Below are positions 20,089 through 29,806 of a stretch of 64,000 bases of DNA, one piece after another. Positions within the stretch are counted from its first letter, which is position 1. Every line of letters starts with the position of its first letter. Source of the stretch: an uncultured Spirochaetota bacterium. GTDB taxonomy: Bacteria; Spirochaetota; UBA4802; UBA5550. The position numbers were made by a program, and so were the translations under genes. The stretch covers positions 1-64,000 of the forward strand of contig CAWHAA010000008.1 of NCBI GenBank assembly GCA_963827275.1, given 5' to 3'. The notes below the pieces were generated by a model. That model saw only the letters and a program-made list of their open reading frames with translations, was not told the origin of the DNA and made no database searches.

Positions 20089-21033
20089 CTATAACGCCCG
20101 TTTCAGCATTTCGATCAGCTTCGGCGTCCTGACCGCTTCCCCGGTTTCGTTGAGGTGATAAATCGTGTCGGCAAAATATTTTTCAGGGTACATGAAATCC
20201 GCGGGCCTGTTCAGGAGCGTTCCCTTGAAGGACCCTTTCATGAGGTCGTGGTAGGCGTTGATGAACCGAAGGTTCTCCCGGTATTGCTCCTCGGGGAAAT
20301 GCGAGAAATAGAAGAACACCCGCGCCTTTTTCTGCGCGGCGTAATCGCAGAATTCATTCAGAAATACGATGTTCCTGCTGTCAGGGTAATTGAAGGTCGT
20401 CCTGATCCCCGCCAGCGGCCGGAAGATCATGTAGGGCTGCGACCGGTCGCCGTATGCATTGAACTCCTCGAGATAATTGGGAAAGCCCTGGTCAAACAGG
20501 CGGGAGTATTTGAACGTCGCCATGTTGCGGATGAACGACTTGACCTTCATCTGCGTCATCTCGTGGATTATTTTAAATAACTCAAAGTACTTCCTTTGCT
20601 CCAGGTAGATCGGTATGTGCCGCTCGGGGGCCATCAGAAAAAAGAATTTTTTGCCTTCATCGTTGGTCAGGGTATAATTGTAATATTTATCGTCGAGCAG
20701 CGTGCCGTATTCCATCGTGATTACGATGATATCGCCGGACCTGACAAAGGGCTTTATCTCCTCGAGGTGCTTCCTGGTCGCAAGCCCGCCCCAGAGGCTC
20801 ATGTTGATGACCGAATACTTCAGCTCTTTTTCGATAAGCTGGCTTTTCAACGACAGGACGCTGCTGCCGCCCACGAAGATCATACGCGGTGACGGTTTCG
20901 ATATCAGCATCTCCTTCTTGTTCACCAGCGCGGCCAGGTCATGCGGGACCGTCCCGGGGGCATGCCAGATCACCAGGATGGCGGCCGCCATCAGGATAAC
21001 GCAGATCAGTATGTTGCGGAGCAGTTTTATCAT
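20089..21033 (-). CDS. Membrane-anchored SGNH-like protein (AlgJ/DltD-type MBOAT partner)
   Basis: N-terminal TM helix, FVGGSS block and C-terminal DTIYHLN (D-x3-H) motif; immediately downstream of the MBOAT gene. Confidence 0.65.
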   Translation of the reverse strand: MIKLLRNILICVILMAAAILVIWHAPGTVPHDLAALVNKKEMLISKPSPRMIFVGGSSVLSLKSQLIEKELKYSVINMSLWGGLATRKHLEEIKPFVRSGDIIVITMEYGTLLDDKYYNYTLTNDEGKKFFFLMAPERHIPIYLEQRKYFELFKIIHEMTQMKVKSFIRNMATFKYSRLFDQGFPNYLEEFNAYGDRSQPYMIFRPLAGIRTTFNYPDSRNIVFLNEFCDYAAQKKARVFFYFSHFPEEQYRENLRFINAYHDLMKGSFKGTLLNRPADFMYPEKYFADTIYHLNETGEAVRTPKLIEMLKRAL

Positions 21034-21045
21034 AGTACGTATAGC

Positions 21046-22614
21046 CTAAAATTTAAAATAAATGAACTGCTGGTTCGCGAAAACCCCCAGAAACACGAGG
21101 ACAAAGAGCATCCCCAGGTAGAGCAGCCACCTGACATACCATGGCTGTTCCGACAGAATGTCCCGCAGCCGCCGCGGGCTGTTCTCCTGGATGATCTCTA
21201 TCACCGCCCAGATGACAAGGGTCAGCGCGAGGGTGATCATCTCCGGCAGAAACGCGGGCTTCGCAAACCCGAGGAACGTGACCTTGTTCTGTATCACCAG
21301 GAATGATTTTAATTTCTGGTAATCCATCGTGAGCAGGATATCGAACAGCCTGTCGAATCCGGAAAAAAGATGGCTGATGATGTAGAAGCCGTCCGAGGTG
21401 GTGTTGGCCCTGAAAAAGATCCCCGCGAAGGTAAAGAGCAGGAAGGTGATCACGATCCTGACCGCATTGTGCAGCTTCGGGAGGCGGTCCAGCCTGATCA
21501 GCGCGACGAATTTTTTCCGGAGGGTCTTTGTCCATATCGACGCGAGGGAGTAGATGCCGTTCAGCCCGGCCCATATGATAAAGGTCCAGTTCGCGCCGTG
21601 CCATATGCCGCTCAGGATAAATATCACCATGATGTTGTACTGCCACCGCCAGTAGCCGACCCGGTTGCCGCCCAGGGGGATGTAGACGTAATCGCGGAAC
21701 CATGAGATGAGGGTGATGTGCCATCTCCGCCAGAGCTCGGGGATCGACCGGGAGAGGTAGGGGCGCTTGAAATTGTCCGTCAGCCGGATACCCATGATCT
21801 GGGCCATGCCGACGGCGATATCGGAATAGCCTGAAAAATCGCAGTAGACCTGGAATATGAAACAGAGGCAGGCGATGATCAGGTAGATGCCCCAGTAGCC
21901 ATGGGGGTCGTTGAAGACCTCGTTCGCCACCATTGCCGCCCTGTCCGCCACGACTATCTTCTTGAAGAATCCCCAGGCCATGAGCTTGAGGCCGTCCGCG
22001 GCGCGACGGTAATCGAAGTCCTGCTTTTCATGGAATTGCGTTATCAGCTTCAGCGGCCGCTCGATCGGGCCCGCGACGATTTTCGGGAAAAACAATATAT
22101 AGAGGGAGAATATGCCGAAATGCCGCTCCGGCTGCGTCGTTCCGCGGTATACGTCCATGAGATAGCTGATGCTGTGGAAGGTGTAGTACGAAATGCCTAT
22201 AGGGACAAGCAGGTCGAGCACCTTCGCCGGATACTTCAGGCTGAAGAAGGAGGCGATCTGCTCGATCGACTGGTTGAAAAAGTTGAAATACTTGAACACA
22301 AAGAGCAGGATAAGCGTGTACGCGATGCCGACGGCCAGCAGCAGCTTCTGGTTCCCGGCCCCTGTTGACCTGCTCCTGTCGATCATGATCGCAATGAAAT
22401 AATCGACGACGATGACCGAGACGACCGAAAAGGCGGCGATCACATAGTAGAGCGCCGGGTTCCGGCCGGGGATATAGGTTGAATAATAAAAGTAGCTGAA
22501 AAAGAATGCGCTCGTCGCCAGGAGCCATGCCCACCGCCACCTGTGGGGGAGCAGGAAAAAGAGCAGCACCACCACGGGCAGGAATATGAAGAATTCGATT
22601 GAATTAAAGAGCAT
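21046..22614 (-). CDS. MBOAT family O-acyltransferase (AlgI/PatA-like)
   Basis: MLFNS, PIGISYYTF, FFPKIVAGPIER, DFSGYSD, NF..PY, WRRWHITL..WFRDYVY, SGIWHGA, FIYFKF. Confidence 0.95.
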   Translation of the reverse strand: MLFNSIEFFIFLPVVVLLFFLLPHRWRWAWLLATSAFFFSYFYYSTYIPGRNPALYYVIAAFSVVSVIVVDYFIAIMIDRSRSTGAGNQKLLLAVGIAYTLILLFVFKYFNFFNQSIEQIASFFSLKYPAKVLDLLVPIGISYYTFHSISYLMDVYRGTTQPERHFGIFSLYILFFPKIVAGPIERPLKLITQFHEKQDFDYRRAADGLKLMAWGFFKKIVVADRAAMVANEVFNDPHGYWGIYLIIACLCFIFQVYCDFSGYSDIAVGMAQIMGIRLTDNFKRPYLSRSIPELWRRWHITLISWFRDYVYIPLGGNRVGYWRWQYNIMVIFILSGIWHGANWTFIIWAGLNGIYSLASIWTKTLRKKFVALIRLDRLPKLHNAVRIVITFLLFTFAGIFFRANTTSDGFYIISHLFSGFDRLFDILLTMDYQKLKSFLVIQNKVTFLGFAKPAFLPEMITLALTLVIWAVIEIIQENSPRRLRDILSEQPWYVRWLLYLGMLFVLVFLGVFANQQFIYFKF

Positions 22615-22772
22615 ACCGCGTATTGTTTCTCATTAATAATTGATATCCGGCAGCATGCCCGGGATCGCCGCGCTGCCGGTGCCATCGGCACCATACATGA
22701 AGCACGCACCCTATCGTATATTTTATTATATCGTCAACAAAAAAACGTACCGGCGCCCGGGTACGGAAGACG

Positions 22773-23669
22773 TCATTCGGAAAGCATCCACTCCAGCGTG
22801 TCGCGGATGTCGTGCGCCGGGCGCCAGCCGTGCGATGTCCTGAAGGCCGAGCTGTCCCCGACCGCCGTGACGATCTCATTTTTCCGGAACAGGGTGTCTG
22901 AGTGGGTGATATCCAGCCGCACGCCGGCGACTTCCTGCGCAAGGACGAGCAGTTCGGACAGCCGGTAGCCGTGTCCGCTTGCGATATTGAACGTCCCGCC
23001 GTCGGGGAATCGTTCCATGAGCCTGATATACGCATCGACCACGTCACGCACGTCCAGGAAGTCCCTGGTGACCGACAGGTTCCCCAGCGTCATGCCGGGG
23101 CTCTTGTCACTGATCGCCCTGATGATTTTTGCTATCACAAAATGGGGGTCCTGGCCGCGGCCGATATGGTTGAAGGGCCGCGCTATAGCGACGGGCAATC
23201 CGCGCTCATGGCGGAACGCCATGGCGATCTGTTCCGCCGCCGCCTTGCTCGCGCCGTAGTGGTTCACCGGCATGACCGCGTTTCGCTCGTCGATCGGCTG
23301 GCGGTCCTCCGGGACGATCCCGTATACCTGCGAGGAGCTGACCAGCAGGAAGCGCGGCCGCTCGGCACACTGGGCCGCGGCGATGAGCAGGTTGAGGGTG
23401 CCGTTCACGTTGACGCGGTACAGGAGCGAAGGGTCGTCGTAATCGACACGCGAGATACCGGCGAGATGAAAGATAAAATCGGGCCGCAGCTCGTTGACGC
23501 ATTGCGTGACCGCGGCCAGGTCCGTGATGTCAACCGCGTGTACCGCGCTGTCGCCGCTTTGCACGTCGATGCCGGATACGCGCACCCCCCTCTCTTCCAG
23601 GGAACGGCGCAGGATGCGGCCCACGAAGCCGTTACTGCCGGTGATCAATACGTTCATTGTGGTGCTCAT
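22773..23669 (-). CDS. rmd: GDP-4-keto-6-deoxy-D-mannose reductase-like extended SDR (Rmd-like)
   Basis: ITGSNGFVG, HLAG, YGASK, RPFNHIGRGQ...F, GNL...RDFLDVRD; directly downstream of gmd. Confidence 0.7.
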   Translation of the reverse strand: MSTTMNVLITGSNGFVGRILRRSLEERGVRVSGIDVQSGDSAVHAVDITDLAAVTQCVNELRPDFIFHLAGISRVDYDDPSLLYRVNVNGTLNLLIAAAQCAERPRFLLVSSSQVYGIVPEDRQPIDERNAVMPVNHYGASKAAAEQIAMAFRHERGLPVAIARPFNHIGRGQDPHFVIAKIIRAISDKSPGMTLGNLSVTRDFLDVRDVVDAYIRLMERFPDGGTFNIASGHGYRLSELLVLAQEVAGVRLDITHSDTLFRKNEIVTAVGDSSAFRTSHGWRPAHDIRDTLEWMLSE

Positions 23670-23706
23670 GACAGGCGTAGAGAATTTCTTCTGCCGCGCA
23701 GCGATA

Positions 23707-24732
23707 TTATGAAAGCCTTGTAACGCGCTCGAGGTCGCGCTCTACCATTATTCCGACCAGGTCCTTGAAGCGCACCTTTGGCTCCCAGCCGAGCTCATTC
23801 TTCGCCTTTGAATAATCGCCGAGGAGCTGGTCTACCTCGCCCGGCCGGAAGAATTTCGGGTTTATCTTTACCAGCGTTTTCCCCGTTTTTGCGTCAACGC
23901 CGTATTCGTTCGCCGCGGACCCTTTCCACTGGAGGGTGATCCCCACGTGGCCGAAGGCGTGCTCGATGAACTCCCGCACCGAATGGTTCTCGTTCGTTGC
24001 CAGCACGTAGTCGCCGGGCTTCGGCTGCTGCATCATCATCCACATGCCCTCGACAAATTCCCCGGCATAGCCCCAGTCGCGCTTCGCGTCCATGTTGCCT
24101 ATCTCGAAGTGGTCCTGCTTCCCCAGTTTGATCCTCGCCACCGCGTCGCTCACTTTCCTGGTCACGAACTCGATCCCGCGGAGCGGGGACTCGTGGTTGA
24201 AGAGGATGCCGGAGCACCCGAAGATATTGTATGACTCGCGGTAGTTGATCGTGAGCCAGTGCCCGTACAATTTTGCGGTGGCATAGGGGCTGCGGGGGTA
24301 GAAGGGCGTGCTCTCCTTCTGCGGAATTTCCTGCACCTTGCCGAACATCTCCGAGCTGGAGGCCTGGTAGAACTTTATCCGCGGATTGACGATGCGGATG
24401 GCCTCGAGCACTCTGGTCACGCCGATGGCGGTTATCTCGCCGGTGAGGACCGGCTTTTCGAACGAGACGGCGACGAAGCTCTGGGCCGCCAGATTGTAAA
24501 TCTCATCGGGCTTCACCTTGTCGAACGTCCTGATGAGGTTCCCGGTGTCCTGTATGTCTACCTCCATGAGCTCGACGTCGTTCATGATATTGAGCTCTTC
24601 GATCCTCCAGAAGTTCGGCGAACTGGTCCGCCGGTAGCCGCCGAAGACCCGGTATCCCTTTTTCAGGAGGAACTCGGATAGATACGCACCGTCCTGTCCC
24701 GTGATCCCTGTAATGAACGCTGTTTTTGCCAT
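23707..24732 (-). CDS. gmd: GDP-mannose 4,6-dehydratase
   Basis: [56 protein letters not shown]. Confidence 0.97.
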   Translation of the reverse strand: MAKTAFITGITGQDGAYLSEFLLKKGYRVFGGYRRTSSPNFWRIEELNIMNDVELMEVDIQDTGNLIRTFDKVKPDEIYNLAAQSFVAVSFEKPVLTGEITAIGVTRVLEAIRIVNPRIKFYQASSSEMFGKVQEIPQKESTPFYPRSPYATAKLYGHWLTINYRESYNIFGCSGILFNHESPLRGIEFVTRKVSDAVARIKLGKQDHFEIGNMDAKRDWGYAGEFVEGMWMMMQQPKPGDYVLATNENHSVREFIEHAFGHVGITLQWKGSAANEYGVDAKTGKTLVKINPKFFRPGEVDQLLGDYSKAKNELGWEPKVRFKDLVGIMVERDLERVTRLS

Positions 24733-24937
24733 GTTATGTCCTATTCAAGAATGAATTATGCAATCAACATCGATGAATGCCGAACGACACGGTCATCTCT
24801 TTTTCTACTATGAAATGGAGCGGATATTTGTCAATAATCATTTCTATGCGGTAGCAGGGCCATGAGAAAAGCATTGACAAAAATATTTAATTAATCAGAT
24901 CATATCGTCATTATCTCCACCCATTGCGAGGATCATT

Positions 24938-26446
24938 ATGACAGCACGTAAAATTTCCCTTGTTATCCTGTCCTGTCTGGCGGCCTGCCTCCTGTCGTGC
25001 GATATTGATGTGCCGATACAGGAAATGGTCAACGCCAGGACCACGATTGAAAAAGCGCGCGCGGTCATGGCCGAACAATATGATCCCGAGAACCTCGGCA
25101 AGGCCGAGGAGTGGCTGAAGAAATCACACGACTACCTCGTTGAAAAAGACGTGAAAAACGCGAAGGGCGCGGCTGAGAAATCCTCCGTCTACGGCGACAT
25201 GGCCCTGCAGGCGTCGCTTCCAAAGGCGACCGATGCCGCCATCGCGGATGCGCGGGCGGTGGTTGAAGAGGCTGACAAGCTCAATGCCGGGGAGTACGCT
25301 CCTGAAGCTTTTACGCAGGCGGCGGGTGCGCTCGTCGAGGCTGAAAAGCTGAAAAATGACAACAATCTATGGGACGCGTACGTGAAGGCGAAGGAGGCCG
25401 TTGCCGCCGGGAACGAAGCCAGGGAGATATCGCAGGGAAAAATCCCCGGGCTGAATGAAGAGCTCGGCAGGCTGAAAAAAGAGGTCGACGACCTCAATTC
25501 CCTGAAGCTCACGGATCAGCAGAAGAAGGCGGTCGCCGCGGCCGGCGCGGAGCTGGACAGGGCAGGCGGGCTGATCGTGGAGAACAATGTGAAAGCGGCC
25601 CTCCCGCTCATGGCTGAAGCGGAAAAGACCATCACGACAGTGAAGGCCGATGCGGGGAAAGCGTCGGCCAGGGCGCGCATCGCGCAGCTCCGTAAAGAAG
25701 TGGAACAGCTGAAGAAAACGCGCGGATCGGAATTCGCCGGTGAGGACCTCGATGTCGTCGTTACCACGCTGAATGAGGCGGATGCGCTGCTCGAACAGGA
25801 CAGGATAGACGACGCGAACAAAAAGATCGCGGACGCGGAAAGCTCCCTTGCCATTGTGAAGGAAAAGAACGCCAGGGCCCTCGCCCTTGACAAGGCGAAA
25901 TCGGTGGAGAAGCTCCTCGAAGAGACCCGCAGCAAGGACACGGAAGGCACATACAAGGCCGAGACCGACCGGGCGGCGGGGATTATCGCCGACGGGAAAA
26001 AGCTCCTCGAGGGCGGATCGTACAAGGAGAGCCTGGTAAAATTCGAGGAAGCAGAGGCGCTCCTCTATTCGCTCGGCGTGGCGAAGGAGAAGGGGGACCT
26101 GAGCAAGGGGAGCGGCCTGTACGAAGAAGAAGGCAAAACCATCTACAAGGTCGTCTACGACAGGAAAAAGCGCGATTGCCTCTGGCGGATAGCGGACAAG
26201 GTGTACAATAACGCCAGGCTCTGGCCGCTCATCTACATGGCCAACAAGGACCAGATCAAGGACCCGGACCTTATCTTCCCGGGGCAGAGATTTGTGATAC
26301 CTGAGATCCCGAAGAAACAAAGTGACAAGAAAGAAAAAGAGGACACCAGCGCGATACGCGAGGAAAAAACAGGCGCCGAAGGGAATGCAGGCGGCGCTGA
26401 GCCGGAAGCGGCGAAAGATACCGTTGATGAGGACATGACAGAATAA
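24938..26446 (+). CDS. LysM-domain helical lipoprotein (LipL71/LruA-like)
   Basis: LLSC lipobox, repeated Ala/Glu/Lys helical modules, and C-terminal DCLWRIA..VY....LWPLIYMANKDQIKDPDLIFPGQ (LysM). Confidence 0.8.
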   Translation: MTARKISLVILSCLAACLLSCDIDVPIQEMVNARTTIEKARAVMAEQYDPENLGKAEEWLKKSHDYLVEKDVKNAKGAAEKSSVYGDMALQASLPKATDAAIADARAVVEEADKLNAGEYAPEAFTQAAGALVEAEKLKNDNNLWDAYVKAKEAVAAGNEAREISQGKIPGLNEELGRLKKEVDDLNSLKLTDQQKKAVAAAGAELDRAGGLIVENNVKAALPLMAEAEKTITTVKADAGKASARARIAQLRKEVEQLKKTRGSEFAGEDLDVVVTTLNEADALLEQDRIDDANKKIADAESSLAIVKEKNARALALDKAKSVEKLLEETRSKDTEGTYKAETDRAAGIIADGKKLLEGGSYKESLVKFEEAEALLYSLGVAKEKGDLSKGSGLYEEEGKTIYKVVYDRKKRDCLWRIADKVYNNARLWPLIYMANKDQIKDPDLIFPGQRFVIPEIPKKQSDKKEKEDTSAIREEKTGAEGNAGGAEPEAAKDTVDEDMTE

Positions 26447-26449
26447 TTT

Positions 26450-27649
26450 GTGAAAAATACAGTTCTCGTTTTATATACGTGCCTTTTCATCTCATTGATC
26501 CTGCCGCCGCTTCATGCGCGGGACATCAACCTTGACGCCATCTATATCAGCCCGGCCTCGCGGTTGTATGAGCGGCTGCTCGAAAAAAAAATCGAGGCCT
26601 ACCAGACAGCCGGTTCCCGCTTCATCGACCGCGATGTGGTCTTCGCCTGCTGGGGGGACGGGTTCACCCTGCTCTACGCGAAAGAACTGCCCCGGCTGAA
26701 TGTCATCTATTCCTTCAACCGGTCGACCGGGAGGAACGCCGAGTTGTTCAGGATAACCGGCACCATTACGGCCTTCCGGAGCAGCGCGAACGGGAAGTAC
26801 CTGTTCATCAAGCGCATCGTCGCAGGGAGCGGCGCGGTGCCGCGGGGCGAGACCCTGGTGCTGAATATCCCGGCGAAGACCGTGAAGGCCCTGCAATCGT
26901 CCTACCCCTTCATCGATTTTTCCCTCGCGCCGGGCGGCACGACGCTGCTCTACGAGACCGGGGACGGCATCGTTGAATACAACCCTGATACTGAGGCCCG
27001 GCGCCTGACGGTGCGGCGCTCCGAATACGCCGGCATCGCGGCTGCCGGCGCGCCCTCGATCGCCTATGTATCGCCGAACAGGAAGAACACCGTTATCGTG
27101 AGCGGGAGCGGGGGCTCCTACCGGTCAAAGATCATCGTCCCGGGGGCCTCGTGGGGCCTCCCTGGCGTGACCTCTGCAAGCGAAATGTACTGGGTGGACA
27201 ACACGCGTTTGGTGTACCGGATGGGCGAGGCCGGCAATTACTCGGTGCGCCTCTACGATACGGCGGCACGGAAGGGGTCGACGCTCCTTGAAAATTCACT
27301 CAACACGAATATACAGTTTTCGGTCTTCCCGAAGATGATCTCGTTTTTAAAGGACCAGGTCATTCATATCCACGACCTGCGCGGCGGCGAAACAGTGAAT
27401 ACCGGGCTCGAGGGCGAGGATGTCGGGTTCTCTCCGGACGGCAACCGCTTCACTTCCCTCTACCTGAAAAAACTGTTTCTCACCAGCGTCACCACGGTAA
27501 AAAGGAAGAACATAGAGATGGCCAAGGTCGCGCGGCAGATCACATCGCTGTACCGGGAGCTCCTCGGATCACGGGGCGACCTGGCCAATGAATACTCGGC
27601 GGATTACATCCGGAAAAAGCTGTCGGTGTACGGCAGGATGGACGAGTGA
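26450..27649 (+). CDS. Secreted beta-propeller-like hypothetical protein
   Basis: Signal peptide and blade-like motifs (SANGKY, LAPGG, SPNRK, FSPDGNR); starts 3 nt after the upstream stop. Confidence 0.7.
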   Translation: MKNTVLVLYTCLFISLILPPLHARDINLDAIYISPASRLYERLLEKKIEAYQTAGSRFIDRDVVFACWGDGFTLLYAKELPRLNVIYSFNRSTGRNAELFRITGTITAFRSSANGKYLFIKRIVAGSGAVPRGETLVLNIPAKTVKALQSSYPFIDFSLAPGGTTLLYETGDGIVEYNPDTEARRLTVRRSEYAGIAAAGAPSIAYVSPNRKNTVIVSGSGGSYRSKIIVPGASWGLPGVTSASEMYWVDNTRLVYRMGEAGNYSVRLYDTAARKGSTLLENSLNTNIQFSVFPKMISFLKDQVIHIHDLRGGETVNTGLEGEDVGFSPDGNRFTSLYLKKLFLTSVTTVKRKNIEMAKVARQITSLYRELLGSRGDLANEYSADYIRKKLSVYGRMDE

Positions 27650-27695
27650 CGCTCCGGACGGGGCACCTTCCACACTATCGGTCCGGGATACCCAT

Positions 27696-28649
27696 GTGAA
27701 ATTCCACACAATAATCGAAAGGGCGTCGCTGCGGTTCAGGCAGTATGTCGCCATGCTCAACTCGGGAAGCAGGCCCCGGGCGCCGAGGCCGGTGATGGAG
27801 ACCGGGATGCCGCCGGCCCCTCCTGCAAAAAAGGACCGGCCCGCCGTCAATATCCTGCTCTTTCTTGTCACCCTGGTCACCGCGACCTTTGCGGGGGCGG
27901 AAGACGCGGCAACCATCCCGTCGATGTTCGCAAGCGGCCTGCCCTATTCAGTAACGCTGCTCACGATCCTGCTCTCCCATGAATTTGGCCATTACGGGGC
28001 GGCGCGGCGGTTCGGCGTGGACGCGACCCTTCCCTACTTTATTCCCTTTCCGTCGATAATCGGTACCATGGGAGCGGTCATAAAGACACGGTCGCCGATA
28101 CCTGACCGGCGCGCGCTCTTTTATATCGGCGCGATGGGGCCGCTCGCGGGTTTTATCGCGAGCCTCGCCGCGGTCATCTTCGGCGTATGCCTGTCGGAGA
28201 TCAGGCCGCTTCCCGCTCCCGGCGGCGACCTCCTCATATTCGGCGATTCGCTGCTCTTCGGCGGCATCGTCAAGCTCGTGCACGGCACCATGCCGGCGGG
28301 GCATGATATTTATCTCTCTCCTTATGCGTGGGCCGGATGGGTCGGGTTCCTGATCACCAGCTTAAACCTTATGCCGATCGGCCAGCTTGACGGGAGTCAT
28401 GTCCTCTACGCCCTGATCGGCAGGAGACAGGTCATGTTCGGCTGGGCCTTCCTGGCCGCGCTTGTCGCCCTGTCGTTCGTCTGGGAGGGCTGGGTCGTAT
28501 GGGTGATCCTGGCGCTCCTGGTGCTGATGGTCGGGCATCCTGAGGTGCCGGAGGGGGCGCCCCTGTCACCGGGGGAACGGGCGCTGGGATGGCTCTGCAT
28601 GGCAATACTGGTGGCGACCTTCGTGCCGGTGCCGGTCGATTTTCTATAG
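27696..28649 (+). CDS. Site-2 protease (M50 family) intramembrane metalloprotease; start uncertain
   Basis: HEFGH, GTMGAVI, GAMGPLAG, LNLMPIGQLDGSH. Confidence 0.9.
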   Translation: MKFHTIIERASLRFRQYVAMLNSGSRPRAPRPVMETGMPPAPPAKKDRPAVNILLFLVTLVTATFAGAEDAATIPSMFASGLPYSVTLLTILLSHEFGHYGAARRFGVDATLPYFIPFPSIIGTMGAVIKTRSPIPDRRALFYIGAMGPLAGFIASLAAVIFGVCLSEIRPLPAPGGDLLIFGDSLLFGGIVKLVHGTMPAGHDIYLSPYAWAGWVGFLITSLNLMPIGQLDGSHVLYALIGRRQVMFGWAFLAALVALSFVWEGWVVWVILALLVLMVGHPEVPEGAPLSPGERALGWLCMAILVATFVPVPVDFL

Positions 28650-28651
28650 GA

Positions 28652-28981
28652 TCAGTGCACGGCCCCCGGCCCGCTGCTGTCATGGTCATCCGCGGCATTG
28701 ACTTTTTTATATGCGCGCAGGTTTCGGATTATCAGGGCGGAGCAGAGCAGGTCCGCCCCGTACCACGCGGCAATGAGGAGATAGAATTCCCCGCTGCCGA
28801 TTTCGCTGTTGAAGAAGCGGAGCTGGCCGCCCGGGGAATAGATTGACACGCCCCAGGCCAGCACTGCCGATGTAACGCCCAGGAGAAAAAGCATGGCACC
28901 AACGGCGGCAGGCACACTACGGTAGGTTTTGAATACGAAGAGCAGTAACAGGGCCATTATTGCGAGGATGAGGAATACCAT
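28652..28981 (-). CDS. Small membrane protein (about 3 TM), hypothetical
   Basis: Hydrophobic ORF with a GAGGT RBS. Confidence 0.6.
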   Translation of the reverse strand: MVFLILAIMALLLLFVFKTYRSVPAAVGAMLFLLGVTSAVLAWGVSIYSPGGQLRFFNSEIGSGEFYLLIAAWYGADLLCSALIIRNLRAYKKVNAADDHDSSGPGAVH

Positions 28982-29003
28982 GCTGTACCTCTGCCGCGTG
29001 AAA

Positions 29004-29034
29004 GATGCAAGCGTCTGCCGCAGACGCTTGCATC
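29004..29034. repeat. Perfect 15-bp inverted repeat
   Basis: GATGCAAGCGTCTGC-C-GCAGACGCTTGCATC. Confidence 0.9.
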
Positions 29035-29242
29035 ACATAATCGGCCAGGCGGTCGATCAGTAAAGATTTTTTTTTGCATATTCTGAAATTGTAGTGTTAT
29101 ATTGATACCGGCGGGCGGCACGTCCCGGCCGGGAGAGGTCGAAGGCCTGGCAGCAGGGAAACGGCATATTTTTTAAAATTTTTCTTGAAATATGGGCTGT
29201 TTGATAAAATTTTACCCGGAAAAATACATTTAAACAAGAGAG

Positions 29243-29791
29243 ATGAATGATATGAAAAAAATCACCGTCATTGCATGCGCGCTGCTGCCGGCGTTCGCGG
29301 TCATTATCGCCTGCGGCACCATGGGAAACAAAACCGTCGACGCGGCAAACAGGAAGTTTCTCAATGCGCCGTTCGACCCGGCCACTGACAGGGAGACCTT
29401 TCGCGTGCTGATCATGTCCAACAGGTATGAAGTCGTGCAGACCGGCAGCCAGGAGACGATTGAACGGGTGAAGGATACGGGCGGTGACAGGTATATCTGC
29501 GACGAGTTGAAAAAATACGATAAGATCGACGAGTCCCGCGAGGGGATGTATCATATTTCACTCTACCCGGACCGCGGTACGCTCCAGAAGGTGCGGCCGT
29601 ACCGGCCCCTCAACCTGATAGAGCTTGACAACCTGATCCTTGACGACCTGCAGCGGTGGAGCTTTAATTTCCCGCAGAAGACCATACGGCCGAGCCAGAT
29701 GTACATCAAGTACCGCATCGTGCTCAGGAAAAAACAGACTGATGCGGATATCAAAAGGGAACTTGAAGAGAAGATGAAGGGCGACGAGTAG
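29243..29791 (+). CDS. Putative lipoprotein with TonB C-terminal-like domain
   Basis: IIAC lipobox; ISLYPDRG...VR....N..LD..IL..LQRWSF..P pattern resembles TonB_C. Confidence 0.6.
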   Translation: MNDMKKITVIACALLPAFAVIIACGTMGNKTVDAANRKFLNAPFDPATDRETFRVLIMSNRYEVVQTGSQETIERVKDTGGDRYICDELKKYDKIDESREGMYHISLYPDRGTLQKVRPYRPLNLIELDNLILDDLQRWSFNFPQKTIRPSQMYIKYRIVLRKKQTDADIKRELEEKMKGDE

Positions 29792-29806
29792 TCGCCCCCG
29801 GGGCTG

